Source: Verrucomicrobiota bacterium
Lineage (GTDB): Bacteria > Verrucomicrobiota > Verrucomicrobiia > Opitutales > Cerasicoccaceae
Length of the DNA stretch: 64,000 nt
Assembly: GCA_039818205.1 (NCBI GenBank)
Contig: JBCBUK010000006.1
Location: 160,001-224,000, forward strand
Direction: 5' to 3'
Shown here in pieces: positions 42,563-54,216 of this stretch. Each line of letters opens with the position of its first letter. The stretch's first letter is position 1. A model generated the notes under the pieces. That model saw nothing but the letters and a program-made list of their open reading frames with translations. It was not told the DNA's origin and made no database searches. The position numbers were made by a program, and so were the translations under genes.

Positions 42563-43654
42563 CTAGGAAACCTCGTATGGCTTGAGCTTGTCCCAATCAA
42601 ACGTTACGCCAGTGCCGGGCTCATCCGAGGCTACCGCACGAGCATCCTTGGCCACGAGTGGCCGTGTGGTGTACTGGTCAATCGGGAAGCTGTGAACCTC
42701 GAGCCAGCCGGCATCAGGTTGGGACGACAGCAAGCTTACGTGAAGCTCCTGCATACCGTGGGTGCAGACCGTTACCCCGTGTTGGTGGGCGAGTTTGGCC
42801 GCTGCAAGCCAACCGGTTACTCCGCCGCAGTTTGACGCGTCGGGTTGAATGTAACTGAGCTTGGATTGTTCCAGTGCGTAGCCAAATTCATGGATGGTGT
42901 GGAGGTTCTCGCCCATGGCCAACGGCACACCCGTCGCATCGACGATTTGGGCGAAGCCCTGGTAGTTGTCCGGGATGATTGGTTCTTCGAACCAGAGTAT
43001 ATCGTACTCGGAAAACCCTTTCGCGGCTTCGATCGCCTGCTCCACGGTCAGGGAATAGTTGGCATCGACCATGAAGGTGATGTCTGGGCCGATGAGTTCG
43101 CGAACGGCCTTTGCGCGGTCGAGGTCTTCCTGTAGGTTCGGACGGCCGACTTTGATCTTCACGCCATTGTATCCAGCATCGAGGTAGCCGCGAATGTTAT
43201 TGAGTAACTTCTCGAGCGGGAATAGCAGATCGATACCGCCGCAATAAGCTTTGCAGGTATTGTCGGCACCGCCGGCCATCTTCCATAGGGGCTGACCTGC
43301 CTTCTTGCAGCGGATATCCCAAAGTGCGATGTCGATGGCCGAGACCGCGAAGGCGGCAATACCGCCTCGTGCGACATAGTGGACGTGCCATTCCATGAAG
43401 TCGTAGATCGCCTCGATGTCGTCGCCATCTTTGCCGATCAGGGCTTCTTGGAAATCGTGGTCCACCATGGCTTTTATGGCGTAGCCACCCTTGCCGCCGG
43501 TGTAGGTGTAGCCAGTGCCTTCGCTACCGTCATCCAGCTGGATGGTTACGGTGATTAACTCGAAGTGAGTATGGTCACCATGTTTTGCGTCGGTGAGAAC
43601 TTCAGCGAGCGGAACCTCGAACAGGCGAGTTTTAACGGAGGTAATTTTACTCAT
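42563..43654 (-). CDS. 3,6-anhydro-L-galactonate cycloisomerase (mandelate racemase/enolase superfamily)
   Basis: [35 protein letters not shown]; co-transcribed with AHG dehydrogenase. Confidence 0.88.
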   Translation of the reverse strand: MSKITSVKTRLFEVPLAEVLTDAKHGDHTHFELITVTIQLDDGSEGTGYTYTGGKGGYAIKAMVDHDFQEALIGKDGDDIEAIYDFMEWHVHYVARGGIAAFAVSAIDIALWDIRCKKAGQPLWKMAGGADNTCKAYCGGIDLLFPLEKLLNNIRGYLDAGYNGVKIKVGRPNLQEDLDRAKAVRELIGPDITFMVDANYSLTVEQAIEAAKGFSEYDILWFEEPIIPDNYQGFAQIVDATGVPLAMGENLHTIHEFGYALEQSKLSYIQPDASNCGGVTGWLAAAKLAHQHGVTVCTHGMQELHVSLLSSQPDAGWLEVHSFPIDQYTTRPLVAKDARAVASDEPGTGVTFDWDKLKPYEVS

Positions 43655-43679
43655 CGTTTTGCGATTGATCAGGCAAGAC

Positions 43680-45140
43680 CTACTTGAAGTTTACGTAGAA
43701 GGTTTTCTTTTCCAAGTATTGTTCGAAGCCATACTTGCCATCTTCGCCGCCCGTGCCACTCAGCTTATAGCCGTTGTGGAAGCCCTGGTGTTGTTCACCG
43801 TGGCCGCGGTTGATGTAGATTTCGCCGCACTCCAGTTCGTCGTTAAGCTTTAGAATCTTTTGCATGCTTTGAGTAAAGACCATGGCAGCGAGCCCGTATT
43901 CACAATCATTGGCGTAGCCAATGGCCTCGTCCATTGTTTTGAATTTGATGATCGGCAAGATCGGGCCGAAGGATTCTTCGTGGACGATGGTCATGTCTTG
44001 GGAGACATCAGTCAAAACGGTGGGCTCAAACCAGTTACCGTTTTCAAAGGCGTCACCTTCGGGGCGCTTGCCACCACTGGCGAGGGTGGCTCCTTCCTCA
44101 AGACTCATCATCACCAGGCGCTCCATATTCTCGAGTTCCCGCGAATTGACTTTGGGGCCCATGTCGCTGTCCTCGGACATTGGATCGCCGACCTTGAGGC
44201 CCTTTACCTTAGGGATGAACTTCTCCATGAACTCATCGTAGATCGATTCATGAAGGTAGAGTCGCTCGTTGCAGGTGCAGACCTGTCCACAGTTGTCGAA
44301 CCGGGAGTGAAGGGCCGAGTCGGTGGCGGCGTCAATATCGGCATCTTCGAACACGATGAACGGAGCTTTGCCACCGAGTTCCAGCTGCACGTGGGCCATG
44401 TTGTCCGCAGTTGCCTTAATGATTGCCTGTCCGGCAGGTGTGCTTCCGGTCATTGTCACCATATTCGTAATTGGATGCCGGCAGAGGGCATCACCCATGG
44501 TGCGGCCGGGTCCGGTGACGATATTCAATACACCGTCGGGGATCCCTGCAGCTTTTGCGAGATCGGCAAGCTCCAATGTCGCCAGAGGCGTCTCCGAAGT
44601 CGGCTTTACCACGATGGTGTTTCCGGCAACAAGTGCGGGGCCAATTTTGCGACCGGCTAATGCCAAAGGAAAGTTCCATGCCGTGATTGCCACGACGACT
44701 CCACGTGGATTCTTGTGAATCCAGATGTGTTCATCGGCGTTGTCGGACTTGACGATGTCACCGTCCATACTGCGAGCCCACTCGCAGGCATATTCGATAA
44801 ATGAGCAGGTGACATCGACTTCCATGCGAGCCACCTTGAGCAGCTTGCCTTGCTCGTGGACAAGCAGTTCGGCTAGTCTTTCGCGGTTTTCGCGAATCTT
44901 GGCAACGAACTCGCGAAGGATCTCGGCACGTTGACGCGGCGGTTTGGCCCGCCAGGCCGGAAAGGCATCTTCGGCAGCCTCGAGAGCCAGCAGCGCATCG
45001 GCCTCATTGCCATCCTCGATTTGAGCGATGACCTCATTGGTCGACGGATTTAATACGTCTTCGGTGTTACCGGAGCTTGAGGGGGTCCACTCTCCATTGA
45101 TGAAGAGTTGGTAGCTAGGGAGATCTGGTTGTGCACTCAT
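43680..45140 (-). CDS. 3,6-anhydro-L-galactose dehydrogenase (ALDH)
   Basis: [48 protein letters not shown]; lies between GH2 and the cycloisomerase. Confidence 0.88.
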   Translation of the reverse strand: MSAQPDLPSYQLFINGEWTPSSSGNTEDVLNPSTNEVIAQIEDGNEADALLALEAAEDAFPAWRAKPPRQRAEILREFVAKIRENRERLAELLVHEQGKLLKVARMEVDVTCSFIEYACEWARSMDGDIVKSDNADEHIWIHKNPRGVVVAITAWNFPLALAGRKIGPALVAGNTIVVKPTSETPLATLELADLAKAAGIPDGVLNIVTGPGRTMGDALCRHPITNMVTMTGSTPAGQAIIKATADNMAHVQLELGGKAPFIVFEDADIDAATDSALHSRFDNCGQVCTCNERLYLHESIYDEFMEKFIPKVKGLKVGDPMSEDSDMGPKVNSRELENMERLVMMSLEEGATLASGGKRPEGDAFENGNWFEPTVLTDVSQDMTIVHEESFGPILPIIKFKTMDEAIGYANDCEYGLAAMVFTQSMQKILKLNDELECGEIYINRGHGEQHQGFHNGYKLSGTGGEDGKYGFEQYLEKKTFYVNFK

Positions 45141-45169
45141 TTTCTGAATTGGATTTGCTTGGGGTGAAA

Positions 45170-47536
45170 TTATTCAAAGTCCCAGAGTTGGGGGAAGTAG
45201 CGATAGTAGCTCTTGCCGTAGGAGTTTGCCGAGGCGTTGACCTTCTCATGCATTTCCTTGCAAAACTTCTTGGCCTCTTCTTGGTCGCCAACGAGCAGCG
45301 TATGCCAGTTGTCGCAAAGCAGTTCTCCGTCTTCGGAGACAAGCTGCATCTGCACCGTGAAGTTCTGGTTGGTTTCGCCTTCGACGAGCCAGTTGACGCG
45401 TTTGACCTCGACCGAGCTGTCGGCCGCGATGTCGACTGTCATGCTTTCCTCCAGGCAAACTTCGCCTTGAGGGTTCGTAATGGTCCAGCGAAGCGTTGCA
45501 CCTGGTAGATCTTCATGGCGATCGTTAACGACCCATAGGCCAGCATCAAAGTCCTTGCCCGCGTTCCAGCGGCGCTTGGTGTATTCGAGGCTGACGAGCA
45601 CGGGTTGGTAGGCGCGCTTGACGTAATCGAAGGCGAGTTTCTTTTCGCCATAGTAGTCGATGATACCCCACTTGATGTCCGGCATATGCGTCATGAAGTG
45701 GCAAAGGGATACGCAGCTGACGCGTGGCTTCCGGCGACGGAAATGCTCGAGCGCAAACTGGGCAATGATGCCGTGGGCCGTTTGCGTTGCCTCAACAAAG
45801 TCTTCGAGCGAGTCGCAGCGGAGCTCGCCGAACACCTCAACGTTGAGAACTTTCAGGATGTCGATATCGGCCCAGTGATAGCCCCAGCTCGGTCCCATTG
45901 GCCAGAGTTCGTCTTCTGGAATAAATTTTTTCAGGCTCTCGACCGATGGTGCGGACGCAGCGGTCAATTCCGGGATGACGCAGTAGTCGAGGTTCGGATA
46001 ATAATCCTCCATCAGCAGGAGGCCCGCCGCATAGTAGTGTTCATTGGCGTGGGAGGACTCTTTGGGCTTGTAGCCAAGGAGTTGGCCAAACTCGCCGCTC
46101 ATGGGTGAGGCGACAGCGTAGGGAATATTGGTTACCTGGCGAACGGCGTCACCGATGGTTTCCATGATCAGCTTGTTGTCGCTCTCAACGTGAGCATTGG
46201 AGAAGAACACTTCTTCGCCGCCCATGAACATGATGCATGACGGGTGATTGCGTCGTTGCTCAACAATCTGGACACATTCGTCGACCGCTGGGTGAAGGAC
46301 TTCTGGGTCGGCTTTGTAGGCCTGAGTCGCGAAACAGAAATTGGTCCACACCGTGATGCCTAACCGGTCGCACAGCTCGTAGAAGTAGGGAACCTCTGGC
46401 GGATGCCAGCCGAAGATGCGAAGGTTGTTGACGTTTGCCTCTTTGACTAACTTCAAGCGAAGATCATATTTCTCATCGCGGTTGCGACCATAGAGCATCG
46501 AAGGTGGGCCGCTCCAGCAGTTTGAGCGGAGAAAGTGTCGCTTGCCGTTGATCTCAAAGGTCCAATCGTTTTCGACTTCTTCTTCGGTAAATCCTGGGTT
46601 GCGCGACATGGTGATCTCGCGGATGCCAAACACTTCTTTGTGTTCGTCTTGCTCCTCGCCGTCGGCGGTCAACTGGATTGAAAGCTCGTAAAGGTTCTGA
46701 TCACCCATATCCCACGGCCACCAGAGCTTGGCTTGAGAGACTGGGATCTGGACACTGACCGTGTTTGGCCCCGGTGCAAGGCGGGCAGTTGTCTGGTGAG
46801 TGATGGGCTCTCCTTCGAAATTTTCGCCTTCGAGGGTGAAGCTAAGCTGAACGTCGACCGGGGCGTCCGTTTTACTCGTTGCCTCGACTTGGATCGTAGC
46901 GACCGCGTCGTCGCCCGTGACCTTGGACTCAATTCGAGTTTTCTGGATGCGTTGTTTACCGGTAGCTCGGACCTTGATGGGCTGCCAGATGCCGAGCGGA
47001 ACCACGTCGGGCATGTAGTCGCCTCCGAAGCAGAACTTACGACCCATGACAGGGCGGTGGTTGCGGGGTGGGGGATCGAGCTTGATCATCAGGATGTTGC
47101 AGCCCTCGCTCCACTTTTCAAAGCGAACGAAGCGAGTGACATCGAACTCAAAATGGGAGAACATGCCTTCGTGGCGTCCAAGGTAGTGGCCGTTGACCCA
47201 AGCCTCGCAGCTGTAGTCGACGCCTTCGAAACAAACACTGATCTCCTTCCCTTGTAATTCTTCAGGGGTGTCAAACTTGGTGATGTACCACCACTCGTAT
47301 TCTTGGACCCATTTGGCTCGACCGAAGTTGCGGCCGAAGTAGGGGTCATCAATTTCGCCAGCGCGCTGCAGGTCGGTGTAAACGTCGCCAGGAACACATC
47401 CTTGGTTCCAGTTGAAAAAGGTCCCTTGGTATTCGGAGGCAAGCTCGTGAAAGCCTTCTTTCACTCCTTGGCCAGGGCGGATGCGTTGCATTTTCCAGTG
47501 GTTGCCACTCAGGTCGATTTCGATGCGGGAACTCAT
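45170..47536 (-). CDS. Cytoplasmic GH2, putative agarolytic beta-galactosidase
   Basis: [47 protein letters not shown]; no signal peptide. Confidence 0.85.
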   Translation of the reverse strand: MSSRIEIDLSGNHWKMQRIRPGQGVKEGFHELASEYQGTFFNWNQGCVPGDVYTDLQRAGEIDDPYFGRNFGRAKWVQEYEWWYITKFDTPEELQGKEISVCFEGVDYSCEAWVNGHYLGRHEGMFSHFEFDVTRFVRFEKWSEGCNILMIKLDPPPRNHRPVMGRKFCFGGDYMPDVVPLGIWQPIKVRATGKQRIQKTRIESKVTGDDAVATIQVEATSKTDAPVDVQLSFTLEGENFEGEPITHQTTARLAPGPNTVSVQIPVSQAKLWWPWDMGDQNLYELSIQLTADGEEQDEHKEVFGIREITMSRNPGFTEEEVENDWTFEINGKRHFLRSNCWSGPPSMLYGRNRDEKYDLRLKLVKEANVNNLRIFGWHPPEVPYFYELCDRLGITVWTNFCFATQAYKADPEVLHPAVDECVQIVEQRRNHPSCIMFMGGEEVFFSNAHVESDNKLIMETIGDAVRQVTNIPYAVASPMSGEFGQLLGYKPKESSHANEHYYAAGLLLMEDYYPNLDYCVIPELTAASAPSVESLKKFIPEDELWPMGPSWGYHWADIDILKVLNVEVFGELRCDSLEDFVEATQTAHGIIAQFALEHFRRRKPRVSCVSLCHFMTHMPDIKWGIIDYYGEKKLAFDYVKRAYQPVLVSLEYTKRRWNAGKDFDAGLWVVNDRHEDLPGATLRWTITNPQGEVCLEESMTVDIAADSSVEVKRVNWLVEGETNQNFTVQMQLVSEDGELLCDNWHTLLVGDQEEAKKFCKEMHEKVNASANSYGKSYYRYFPQLWDFE

Positions 47537-48086
47537 TTGCGTGGGGATATTCTAGTGTTTGGTTCGATCGATCGGAAAAGATCTAGATCAGTCGATTCAT
47601 TACCATAATCGATTTTATCGGATTTGGGAATGGATGGATTGGATTTATCTTTGTAGAAAATGGTATTTGATTGTCTCTTGGGTGGGGGCATGTTTTGGAT
47701 GGTCACGTCGTTTCTCGTTACCGGCTATACCTCGCCTAAAAACCCACGAAGATTGCGTTAAAGCCATGATTTGGGTTGAGGTGCTCGTCGTTATCGAGGC
47801 GATTTTACACGAGAGTAAATGGTTCGAAATAATCAGAATATTTGTGGTATTTGGGATATTGGACAAGGATTCGCTATCTTAAGATATTCCATTTTGCTTG
47901 CTTCAGACGGGTCGTTTTTTGACCTGAAAGGGATAGCGTTTATTCGATCTATTCAGAGATTCCGACGGTTAATTCCTATCAGATTCTCTGGATCAATTTC
48001 TTGAGATTCTTTTCTGCCTATTACGAATGCCGTGCTCCCGTGTGAAGCGTCTGACCCTAACAGTTATCTTTTTACACGATTAAGTT

Positions 48087-49940
48087 ATGAAAAACAGTAT
48101 ATGGATTTTGGCATCGCTTGTTCCGGTGATCTTGGTTGCTGAGAAGACCGATCAGGTTGACGTTCGGTTGGAACCGACGGTAATTCGAAACATTGGCGGT
48201 GTGACCGAGTTTGATCGCGATCAGTTTGTCACCGTGCACGAGTCATTTGGCTCGACCGATTTGGCGGAAGAAGATCTCGATTTCATGGAGAACGTGCTTG
48301 AGGCTCGATATGGCCGCGACGGTGGTTTGCTTTCTTGGCAAGCTCCCAACGTAAAAGCGGATCCAAACAATCCGGATATGCCGGATGTTGAGGAGGTGAA
48401 GCGCGTCGCAAAAGAATATCGTGCGGAATATGACGGCCGTCGGATGACTCCTAGGCACATGCGCGAAGTAGTATTGTGCACGCATCCGGAGTTAATGCAT
48501 GCGATGGCTGCGAATTCGCATGCTGAATGGGGCCCGCGGACTAATGAAGGGATCGCGGAGTACACTGCTCAGTTCATGAAACATGCGTTCGACGACAATG
48601 ACCGCCCAAAGTATCTCGAGGTGTTTAACGAGCCATTTGTTAAAGCTAAGAAGATTGGAACGACGGTTGAGGCACTGTCGGAGCAGCACAACGTAGTGGC
48701 AAAGCGCGTTAAGGAACTCAATCCCGACGTCATGGTCGGTGGTTATGCGGCGGCCTGGATCGAAGTCGAAGACCGCAATTTTGATCATTGGGACGGCTGG
48801 CAAAAGACTTTCATGGATATTGCCGGTGAGAATATGGATTTCTTTTCCTACCATATCTATGACGGGGTAAACGTGCAGGGGTCACCCCGTGTGCGAACTG
48901 GGAGCAATTCCGAGGCAATTATGGATTTGATCGACTCCTATAGCCATATGAAGTTTGGCGTGGCGAAGCCGATCCTGATTACTGAATACGGCAAGATCCC
49001 GGAAGGTAACATGGGTATGATGGCTTATGATCCTGCACGTTCCGCGGGCATGCTTTACTCAATCAATGGTCAACACATGACCTACATGGACCACCCGGAT
49101 CGCATCTTGAAAGCGATTCCGTTTGTCTTGGGCAAGGCGGAATGGACTTATGTGCTGAAGGGCGAAGGGAAGCCCGGTGAGGCCAACGTATTTTTGCTCT
49201 GGCGTCGCGATGAGGACGGCGAGTATGTGACCACGGACCTGACCTTGTTCTACGAATTCTGGAAAGGTATTGAAGGTGAATGGCGGATGAGTGAGAGCTC
49301 TAACCCAGATGTCCGAGTTCACTTGTTGGCCGATGATAATCAACTGGTGGTCGCCTTGGCCAACCTTGATCACGCGCCGAAGACGGTCAACCTTTCGGGC
49401 CTCGAGAATGTGAAGGCCAAGTCGGTTGAGTTGCGTCAGCTTACCACGCACACAGACCTTCCACTGGTCGCGAGCCGCTCGTTGGATCGTATTCCAAGCA
49501 GCGTTGAATTGGCCGATGGTATGGGCGCTATTTTGGTGATCGATCTAGAAGAGCCGATCAATGCGAAGAGCATGGTTAAAGAGCATCGGATTTACGCAAC
49601 CGACTACCTGCAGGACATTGTCGCGGATCAGCCCATTGAATTTCGTTTCGTCGATACGCCAACGGGTGCGGGTTCTGCAATTCTCCGAATGTCGCCTGGT
49701 CGCGAGTTGGGTAAGGCCGTGTTGCCAACCTCGGTCACGTTGAATGGGCAAGCGCTGGAGCTGCCGAGCAACTGGGCTGGCGATGACCAAGCGGGCCGGA
49801 AAAATTTCTTTGGGATGATCGAGATTCCGGTTTCCATGGATCTTTTGAACGCTGAGAACGTCGTTGAGATTATCTACCCGGACACCGGAGGCAAGGTCGC
49901 CAGTGTTGTTCTTCAGGTCAACCGTGTCGAGTCGACCTAA
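48087..49940 (+). CDS. Exported GH86 beta-porphyranase/agarase-like, copy 1
   Basis: [15 protein letters not shown] acid/base, [15 protein letters not shown] nucleophile, C-terminal beta domains (FFGMIEIPV). Confidence 0.85.
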   Translation: MKNSIWILASLVPVILVAEKTDQVDVRLEPTVIRNIGGVTEFDRDQFVTVHESFGSTDLAEEDLDFMENVLEARYGRDGGLLSWQAPNVKADPNNPDMPDVEEVKRVAKEYRAEYDGRRMTPRHMREVVLCTHPELMHAMAANSHAEWGPRTNEGIAEYTAQFMKHAFDDNDRPKYLEVFNEPFVKAKKIGTTVEALSEQHNVVAKRVKELNPDVMVGGYAAAWIEVEDRNFDHWDGWQKTFMDIAGENMDFFSYHIYDGVNVQGSPRVRTGSNSEAIMDLIDSYSHMKFGVAKPILITEYGKIPEGNMGMMAYDPARSAGMLYSINGQHMTYMDHPDRILKAIPFVLGKAEWTYVLKGEGKPGEANVFLLWRRDEDGEYVTTDLTLFYEFWKGIEGEWRMSESSNPDVRVHLLADDNQLVVALANLDHAPKTVNLSGLENVKAKSVELRQLTTHTDLPLVASRSLDRIPSSVELADGMGAILVIDLEEPINAKSMVKEHRIYATDYLQDIVADQPIEFRFVDTPTGAGSAILRMSPGRELGKAVLPTSVTLNGQALELPSNWAGDDQAGRKNFFGMIEIPVSMDLLNAENVVEIIYPDTGGKVASVVLQVNRVEST

Positions 49941-49984
49941 GGGTCGGTTCGAGTCCACCAAGCATTCCCATTGATTCCCCAATC

Positions 49985-51364
49985 ATGAAACCATTTGCCC
50001 TCTTCCTTATCGCTCTGTCTTTGAGCGTCAGTGCGTTTGCGAAGCAGCCCAACGTTATTGTGATCATGGCCGATGATCTCGGCTACGGTGATCTTGGCTT
50101 TACCGGGTCGAAAGAGATATTGACGCCCAACTTGGATCGCTTGGCGAAAGAGGGGGTTGAATGCACTTACGGTTACGTAACGCATCCTTACTGTGGGCCG
50201 TCACGGGCAGCGTTCTTGACTGGTCGCTATCAGCAGCGATTCGGGTTTGAGGCCAACCCACCGTATGCGCGTTTGAACAAGTATTCGGGCATGCCTGAAT
50301 CCGAGATCCTGATATCGCAGCGCTTGAAGAAGGAAGGATACAAAACGGGCATCGTGGGTAAGTGGCATATTGGGGCCCATGCAATCCATCATCCGAACAA
50401 TCGCGGGTTCGACTACTTTTTCGGTTTTCTTGGGGGTGGACACGATTTCTACCGGGTTGATAGTCGGAACCCGGTTGGCGAAGGCTACCTCGAACCGATG
50501 ATGGAGAACGGTAAGCCGGTGGATGTCGAAGGCTATCTGACGGACCAGCTGACTAACATCGCGATCAGTTTTATGGAACGCAACCAGAGCGAGCCTTTCT
50601 TTTTGTTCGTTTCCTATAATGCTCCGCACACGCCCTTACAGGCGCCTAAGGAAACGGTCGAAAAGTATGCTGGCCTGCCAAGCTGGGAGCGTCAGACTTA
50701 TGCGGCGATGGTCGACAATATGGATGAGAATATCGGCCGCATCGTTCAATCCACCGAGGATCTCGGCATCGCTAAGGATACACTGATTTTCTTCCTTAGT
50801 GACAATGGCGGACCGCGCCACTGGGATAAGTCTGAGCCGGCCTTCACCTCCAATGCGCCTTTTCGGGGGCATAAGGGAGCAACTTATGATGGCGGTGTCC
50901 ATGTGCCCTTCATTGCCTATTGGCCTGGTACGCTGCCTGCCGGTACGCAGTTTGACAAGCCAGTTGTTTCGATTGATATATCCCGCACGGCAATTGACTT
51001 AGCGGGTGCTGATGCCGAAGGAATGGAAGGGGTCAATTTGGTTCCGTTTTTGAGTGGGGAGACAACGGAGTCTCCGCATGAAGCCATTTACTTCCGTCGG
51101 CGCAATAACGCGGCTTGGGGAGTGGTGACCGATGATCACTACAAGTGGTTGAAGAACGACTGGGATCAGCCCAACGAACTGTATAACCTGAAAGCTGATC
51201 CGGCCGAACAAAATGACCTCATTGCATTGGAGCCCGAACGTGCGGCCACACTTGAAAAGAAGTGGAAAGCGTGGAACAAGGATAACATTCCATTCACGTT
51301 CTCGAGTTTCGAGCGCTACCACAAGCAGATGGATGATTTCTACAGAACCATGAAACCCGAATAA
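49985..51364 (+). CDS. Exported formylglycine-dependent sulfatase (S1)
   Basis: Signal peptide, [28 protein letters not shown]. Confidence 0.95.
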   Translation: MKPFALFLIALSLSVSAFAKQPNVIVIMADDLGYGDLGFTGSKEILTPNLDRLAKEGVECTYGYVTHPYCGPSRAAFLTGRYQQRFGFEANPPYARLNKYSGMPESEILISQRLKKEGYKTGIVGKWHIGAHAIHHPNNRGFDYFFGFLGGGHDFYRVDSRNPVGEGYLEPMMENGKPVDVEGYLTDQLTNIAISFMERNQSEPFFLFVSYNAPHTPLQAPKETVEKYAGLPSWERQTYAAMVDNMDENIGRIVQSTEDLGIAKDTLIFFLSDNGGPRHWDKSEPAFTSNAPFRGHKGATYDGGVHVPFIAYWPGTLPAGTQFDKPVVSIDISRTAIDLAGADAEGMEGVNLVPFLSGETTESPHEAIYFRRRNNAAWGVVTDDHYKWLKNDWDQPNELYNLKADPAEQNDLIALEPERAATLEKKWKAWNKDNIPFTFSSFERYHKQMDDFYRTMKPE

Positions 51365-51386
51365 GGAACTGTTCAACAGCAGCAAG

Positions 51387-53336
51387 ATGAAGTATCGATG
51401 GACAACCCTCACCGCGGCAACGCTCGTCAGCTTAAGCTGTCACGGCGAAGTCGAAGATAAGAAAACGACAACCCGTGCAGTCGATCTGAGTAAGCCTCAC
51501 ATCGTCATTGAGCCGGAAGTTACCCGAGCCGTCGGCGGAGTTTCCGAGGTTGATCGGGAGCGCTACTTCTCGGTGTGTGATCCGGGTACTGGGTTTGATA
51601 AGCGTATGTCTGGCGAAGGAGTTTACGACGAACTCGTCAATGAGCTTGGTGTTACCTTCGGCAGGCAGCTTGGTCCGGTTAAGTGGACGGCTTCTCAGTT
51701 GCCCGAGGATCCGGAGCGCCCCGGGTATGCTGATGTTTCAAGCTTGAAGGACAGGAAGCTGCCGAAACCTGGTGAGGCATTCTACGAAGCCTACAAGCCG
51801 AACCTCGATGTAGCGGCACACGGTAACCATAATGCTTATCCAGAGTATATGGGAAAGTATGAGCTGGAAGGGGCGAATTATCACGGTGACCCTGAGTGGA
51901 TTCCGGAGAACATTGATGCCGCGGCAGAACTGGCAGCGGCCGTGTTTCAGTATAACTACACGGACTTCGATCGCCCAAAGTATTTCGAGCCGCTCAATGA
52001 GCCACATTGGATGTATTTCTCTGACGAGCACATGGCAGCATGGCATCTGGCGGTAAAAGAAAAGATTCAGCAGACCATGCCTGAAGTTGAAGTCGGCGGT
52101 ATGTGTCAATCGGTGTCGTATTTCTTCCGCGACAACTACCAGAACTTCAATGGTATGAAGAATTTCTACGACAACACGGAAGGGAAAATGGATTTCTACT
52201 CCTTCCACTCCTACGACTACTTCAAGTGGGAGGATGACGACTTCCGGGGGCGTGTGCAGTCTGGTTCACCCTTGGAGGGCTCCTTGGATCTCCTGCAGAA
52301 CTACATCGTGCTGGAAGGTGGCGATGAGGTCGATGTTGTGATTAGTGAGCACGGTGGTTACGTTAATGTTCAGCCCAAGGGAATGTACGATGGTGAGGCC
52401 TTGGCTGCTGAGATCGCTGCAAAGCATTTTCCAGAAGAAACTTGGGAGAATGAGCTGAAGAAACGCTCGATTATCGGCTTTGCTCACGTCAGTTCGATTA
52501 TCGCGAATACACTTACGTTCATCGACCACCCACACACGGTTGTGAAGTCTGTTCCGTTTCTGTTGCCGAACACTTGGAACTGGGATGAAAAATACTATGC
52601 CGGTCTTTACGTTCCGGAAAACTACACGGACAAAACGAAGTGGGTCCCAACCACCATGCTCGACTTCTATAAGTTGTTTCGTGATGTGGATGGCCGCCGG
52701 GTAAAGGTGACTTCAAATGAACCAGACCTCCAAACAAGGGCCTTTGTTGATGGCTCGAAGTTGTTCTTGGTCGTGAACAACCAAAGCTGGCGCCCTGAAT
52801 CAGTTGACCTCTATGGTATCGAAGCGGATACGGTAAAAGTCCGCCGTTTTGGTCGCAACAAGGACTACACAGCCTACTATACTGAGGATGAAATTTCTAC
52901 GCCGGAAACGCTCAAGGTTGCTGGTCGCGAATCGATGGTAGTTATCGCTGAGTATGACGAGCCAATCTTAGAGACCGCTGCCGTTAACGAGGTTGTTTGC
53001 TATGCCGATAAGACTCGTCAGCCGCTGAAAGATGCAACGTTTAACATTACGGTGCCCGTTGATGAAGAGATTGATTACGCGGTGTTGCGAGTTGCCATGA
53101 CTCGTCCAAGTGGAATGAGCCACGAGCCGACGATTATCTTTAACGGCAAGGTGCTCGAGGTGCCCCTAGAGGATGCCGCTGATCGTTTTGACAAGGGTGA
53201 GTATGGCACTACGAAGTTTATTCAGTTGGATCCAGCTGATTTGCTCGCAGAAAACACCGTAACCGTTGGCTTTTCCGATAGCGGAGAAGGGGCGGTTGGA
53301 GCTGCAGTCATTCGTGCTGGTGTGAAGACTAAATAG
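51387..53336 (+). CDS. Exported GH86 beta-porphyranase/agarase-like, copy 2
   Basis: [31 protein letters not shown]; paralog of 48087-49940. Confidence 0.82.
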   Translation: MKYRWTTLTAATLVSLSCHGEVEDKKTTTRAVDLSKPHIVIEPEVTRAVGGVSEVDRERYFSVCDPGTGFDKRMSGEGVYDELVNELGVTFGRQLGPVKWTASQLPEDPERPGYADVSSLKDRKLPKPGEAFYEAYKPNLDVAAHGNHNAYPEYMGKYELEGANYHGDPEWIPENIDAAAELAAAVFQYNYTDFDRPKYFEPLNEPHWMYFSDEHMAAWHLAVKEKIQQTMPEVEVGGMCQSVSYFFRDNYQNFNGMKNFYDNTEGKMDFYSFHSYDYFKWEDDDFRGRVQSGSPLEGSLDLLQNYIVLEGGDEVDVVISEHGGYVNVQPKGMYDGEALAAEIAAKHFPEETWENELKKRSIIGFAHVSSIIANTLTFIDHPHTVVKSVPFLLPNTWNWDEKYYAGLYVPENYTDKTKWVPTTMLDFYKLFRDVDGRRVKVTSNEPDLQTRAFVDGSKLFLVVNNQSWRPESVDLYGIEADTVKVRRFGRNKDYTAYYTEDEISTPETLKVAGRESMVVIAEYDEPILETAAVNEVVCYADKTRQPLKDATFNITVPVDEEIDYAVLRVAMTRPSGMSHEPTIIFNGKVLEVPLEDAADRFDKGEYGTTKFIQLDPADLLAENTVTVGFSDSGEGAVGAAVIRAGVKTK

Positions 53337-53370
53337 CATTACGAGACCGATCAATAGTCATTGAATTTCA

Positions 53371-53406
53371 AGAGCATGCTGTCTCATTTTGAGCGGCATG
53401 CTTTTT
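53371..53406 (+). terminator. Rho-independent terminator ending the GH86-sulfatase-GH86 operon
   Basis: AGCATGCTG...CGGCATGCT stem followed by a T tract. Confidence 0.75.
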
Positions 53407-53442
53407 CGTTGTGTGTCTGTAGTTCTCACATAGGATGATTGA

Positions 53443-54201
53443 GTGTCACCCGATTCGCATGCCATCATTTTGGTAACTCCCGTTTGGAACGATACGGATC
53501 GTTTACGGAGCTTTGCGCCGCACTTGGCTAAGGCGTTAAAAGCAGCAGAGCTCGACATCCATTGGATTGTGGCTGATGACGGCTCCGATGCTTCTGAGCG
53601 TGCACGATTGGTGGAGTTAGTGGAGGAGATCGAAACCTGGTATTCGCCCGTGGAATTGGTTACTGTTCGTGAGCGCAGTTTTAAGGGCGGGGCAATCTAT
53701 CATGCTTGGGATCAGTTTCCTGAAGCTGAATGGGTTGGCTTCGTTGATGCCGACGGAGCAATCGACGGGGAAACCACTGTTCAACTGATTCGCGAGGCAA
53801 TCACGATGGAGTCTAATGGGATTGTTATTGGCATTCGTGAGCATTCTTCCGAAACACCCGTAAATCGCAAAGGCGTGCGACAGTTGTCGTTTCACTTCTT
53901 TCGGATCCTGGTTCGTCTGCTCACGGGTCTCCAATGCAAGGATACCCAGTGCGGAATTAAGATTGTTGCGGGTCCGCTCTACCGCAAAGTGGCTTCCACG
54001 CTGCAAGAGCGTGGCTTTGTTTTCGATGTTGAGCTGCTTGCTTTATTGAAGGCGCATGGTGGCGAACTTCGAGAGTGTCCGATTCCCTGGCAGGAAGTCT
54101 CTGGAGGCCGAATTGTTCCTTGGAAGCACGCTTGGTCGATGATTGGCGGCCTTATCCGTATTCGCCGCCGGTTGAGAAATTCTCGTCTTGTGAGTGACTA
54201 A
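53443..54201 (+). CDS. GT2 glycosyltransferase (polyprenol-phosphate glycosyltransferase-like)
   Basis: PVWND, DDGS, KGGAI, FVDADG, DTQCGIK, GFVFDVELL. Confidence 0.9.
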   Translation: MSPDSHAIILVTPVWNDTDRLRSFAPHLAKALKAAELDIHWIVADDGSDASERARLVELVEEIETWYSPVELVTVRERSFKGGAIYHAWDQFPEAEWVGFVDADGAIDGETTVQLIREAITMESNGIVIGIREHSSETPVNRKGVRQLSFHFFRILVRLLTGLQCKDTQCGIKIVAGPLYRKVASTLQERGFVFDVELLALLKAHGGELRECPIPWQEVSGGRIVPWKHAWSMIGGLIRIRRRLRNSRLVSD

Positions 54202-54216
54202 AAGAAGCCGGATGGA

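Noticed and set aside
43860..44660. 266 aa + strand ORF
   Set aside because: Antisense shadow of the ALDH; no independent coding signal
47559..48004. Short ORFs in the GH2/GH86 gap
   Set aside because: AT-rich divergent promoter region; ORFs look spurious
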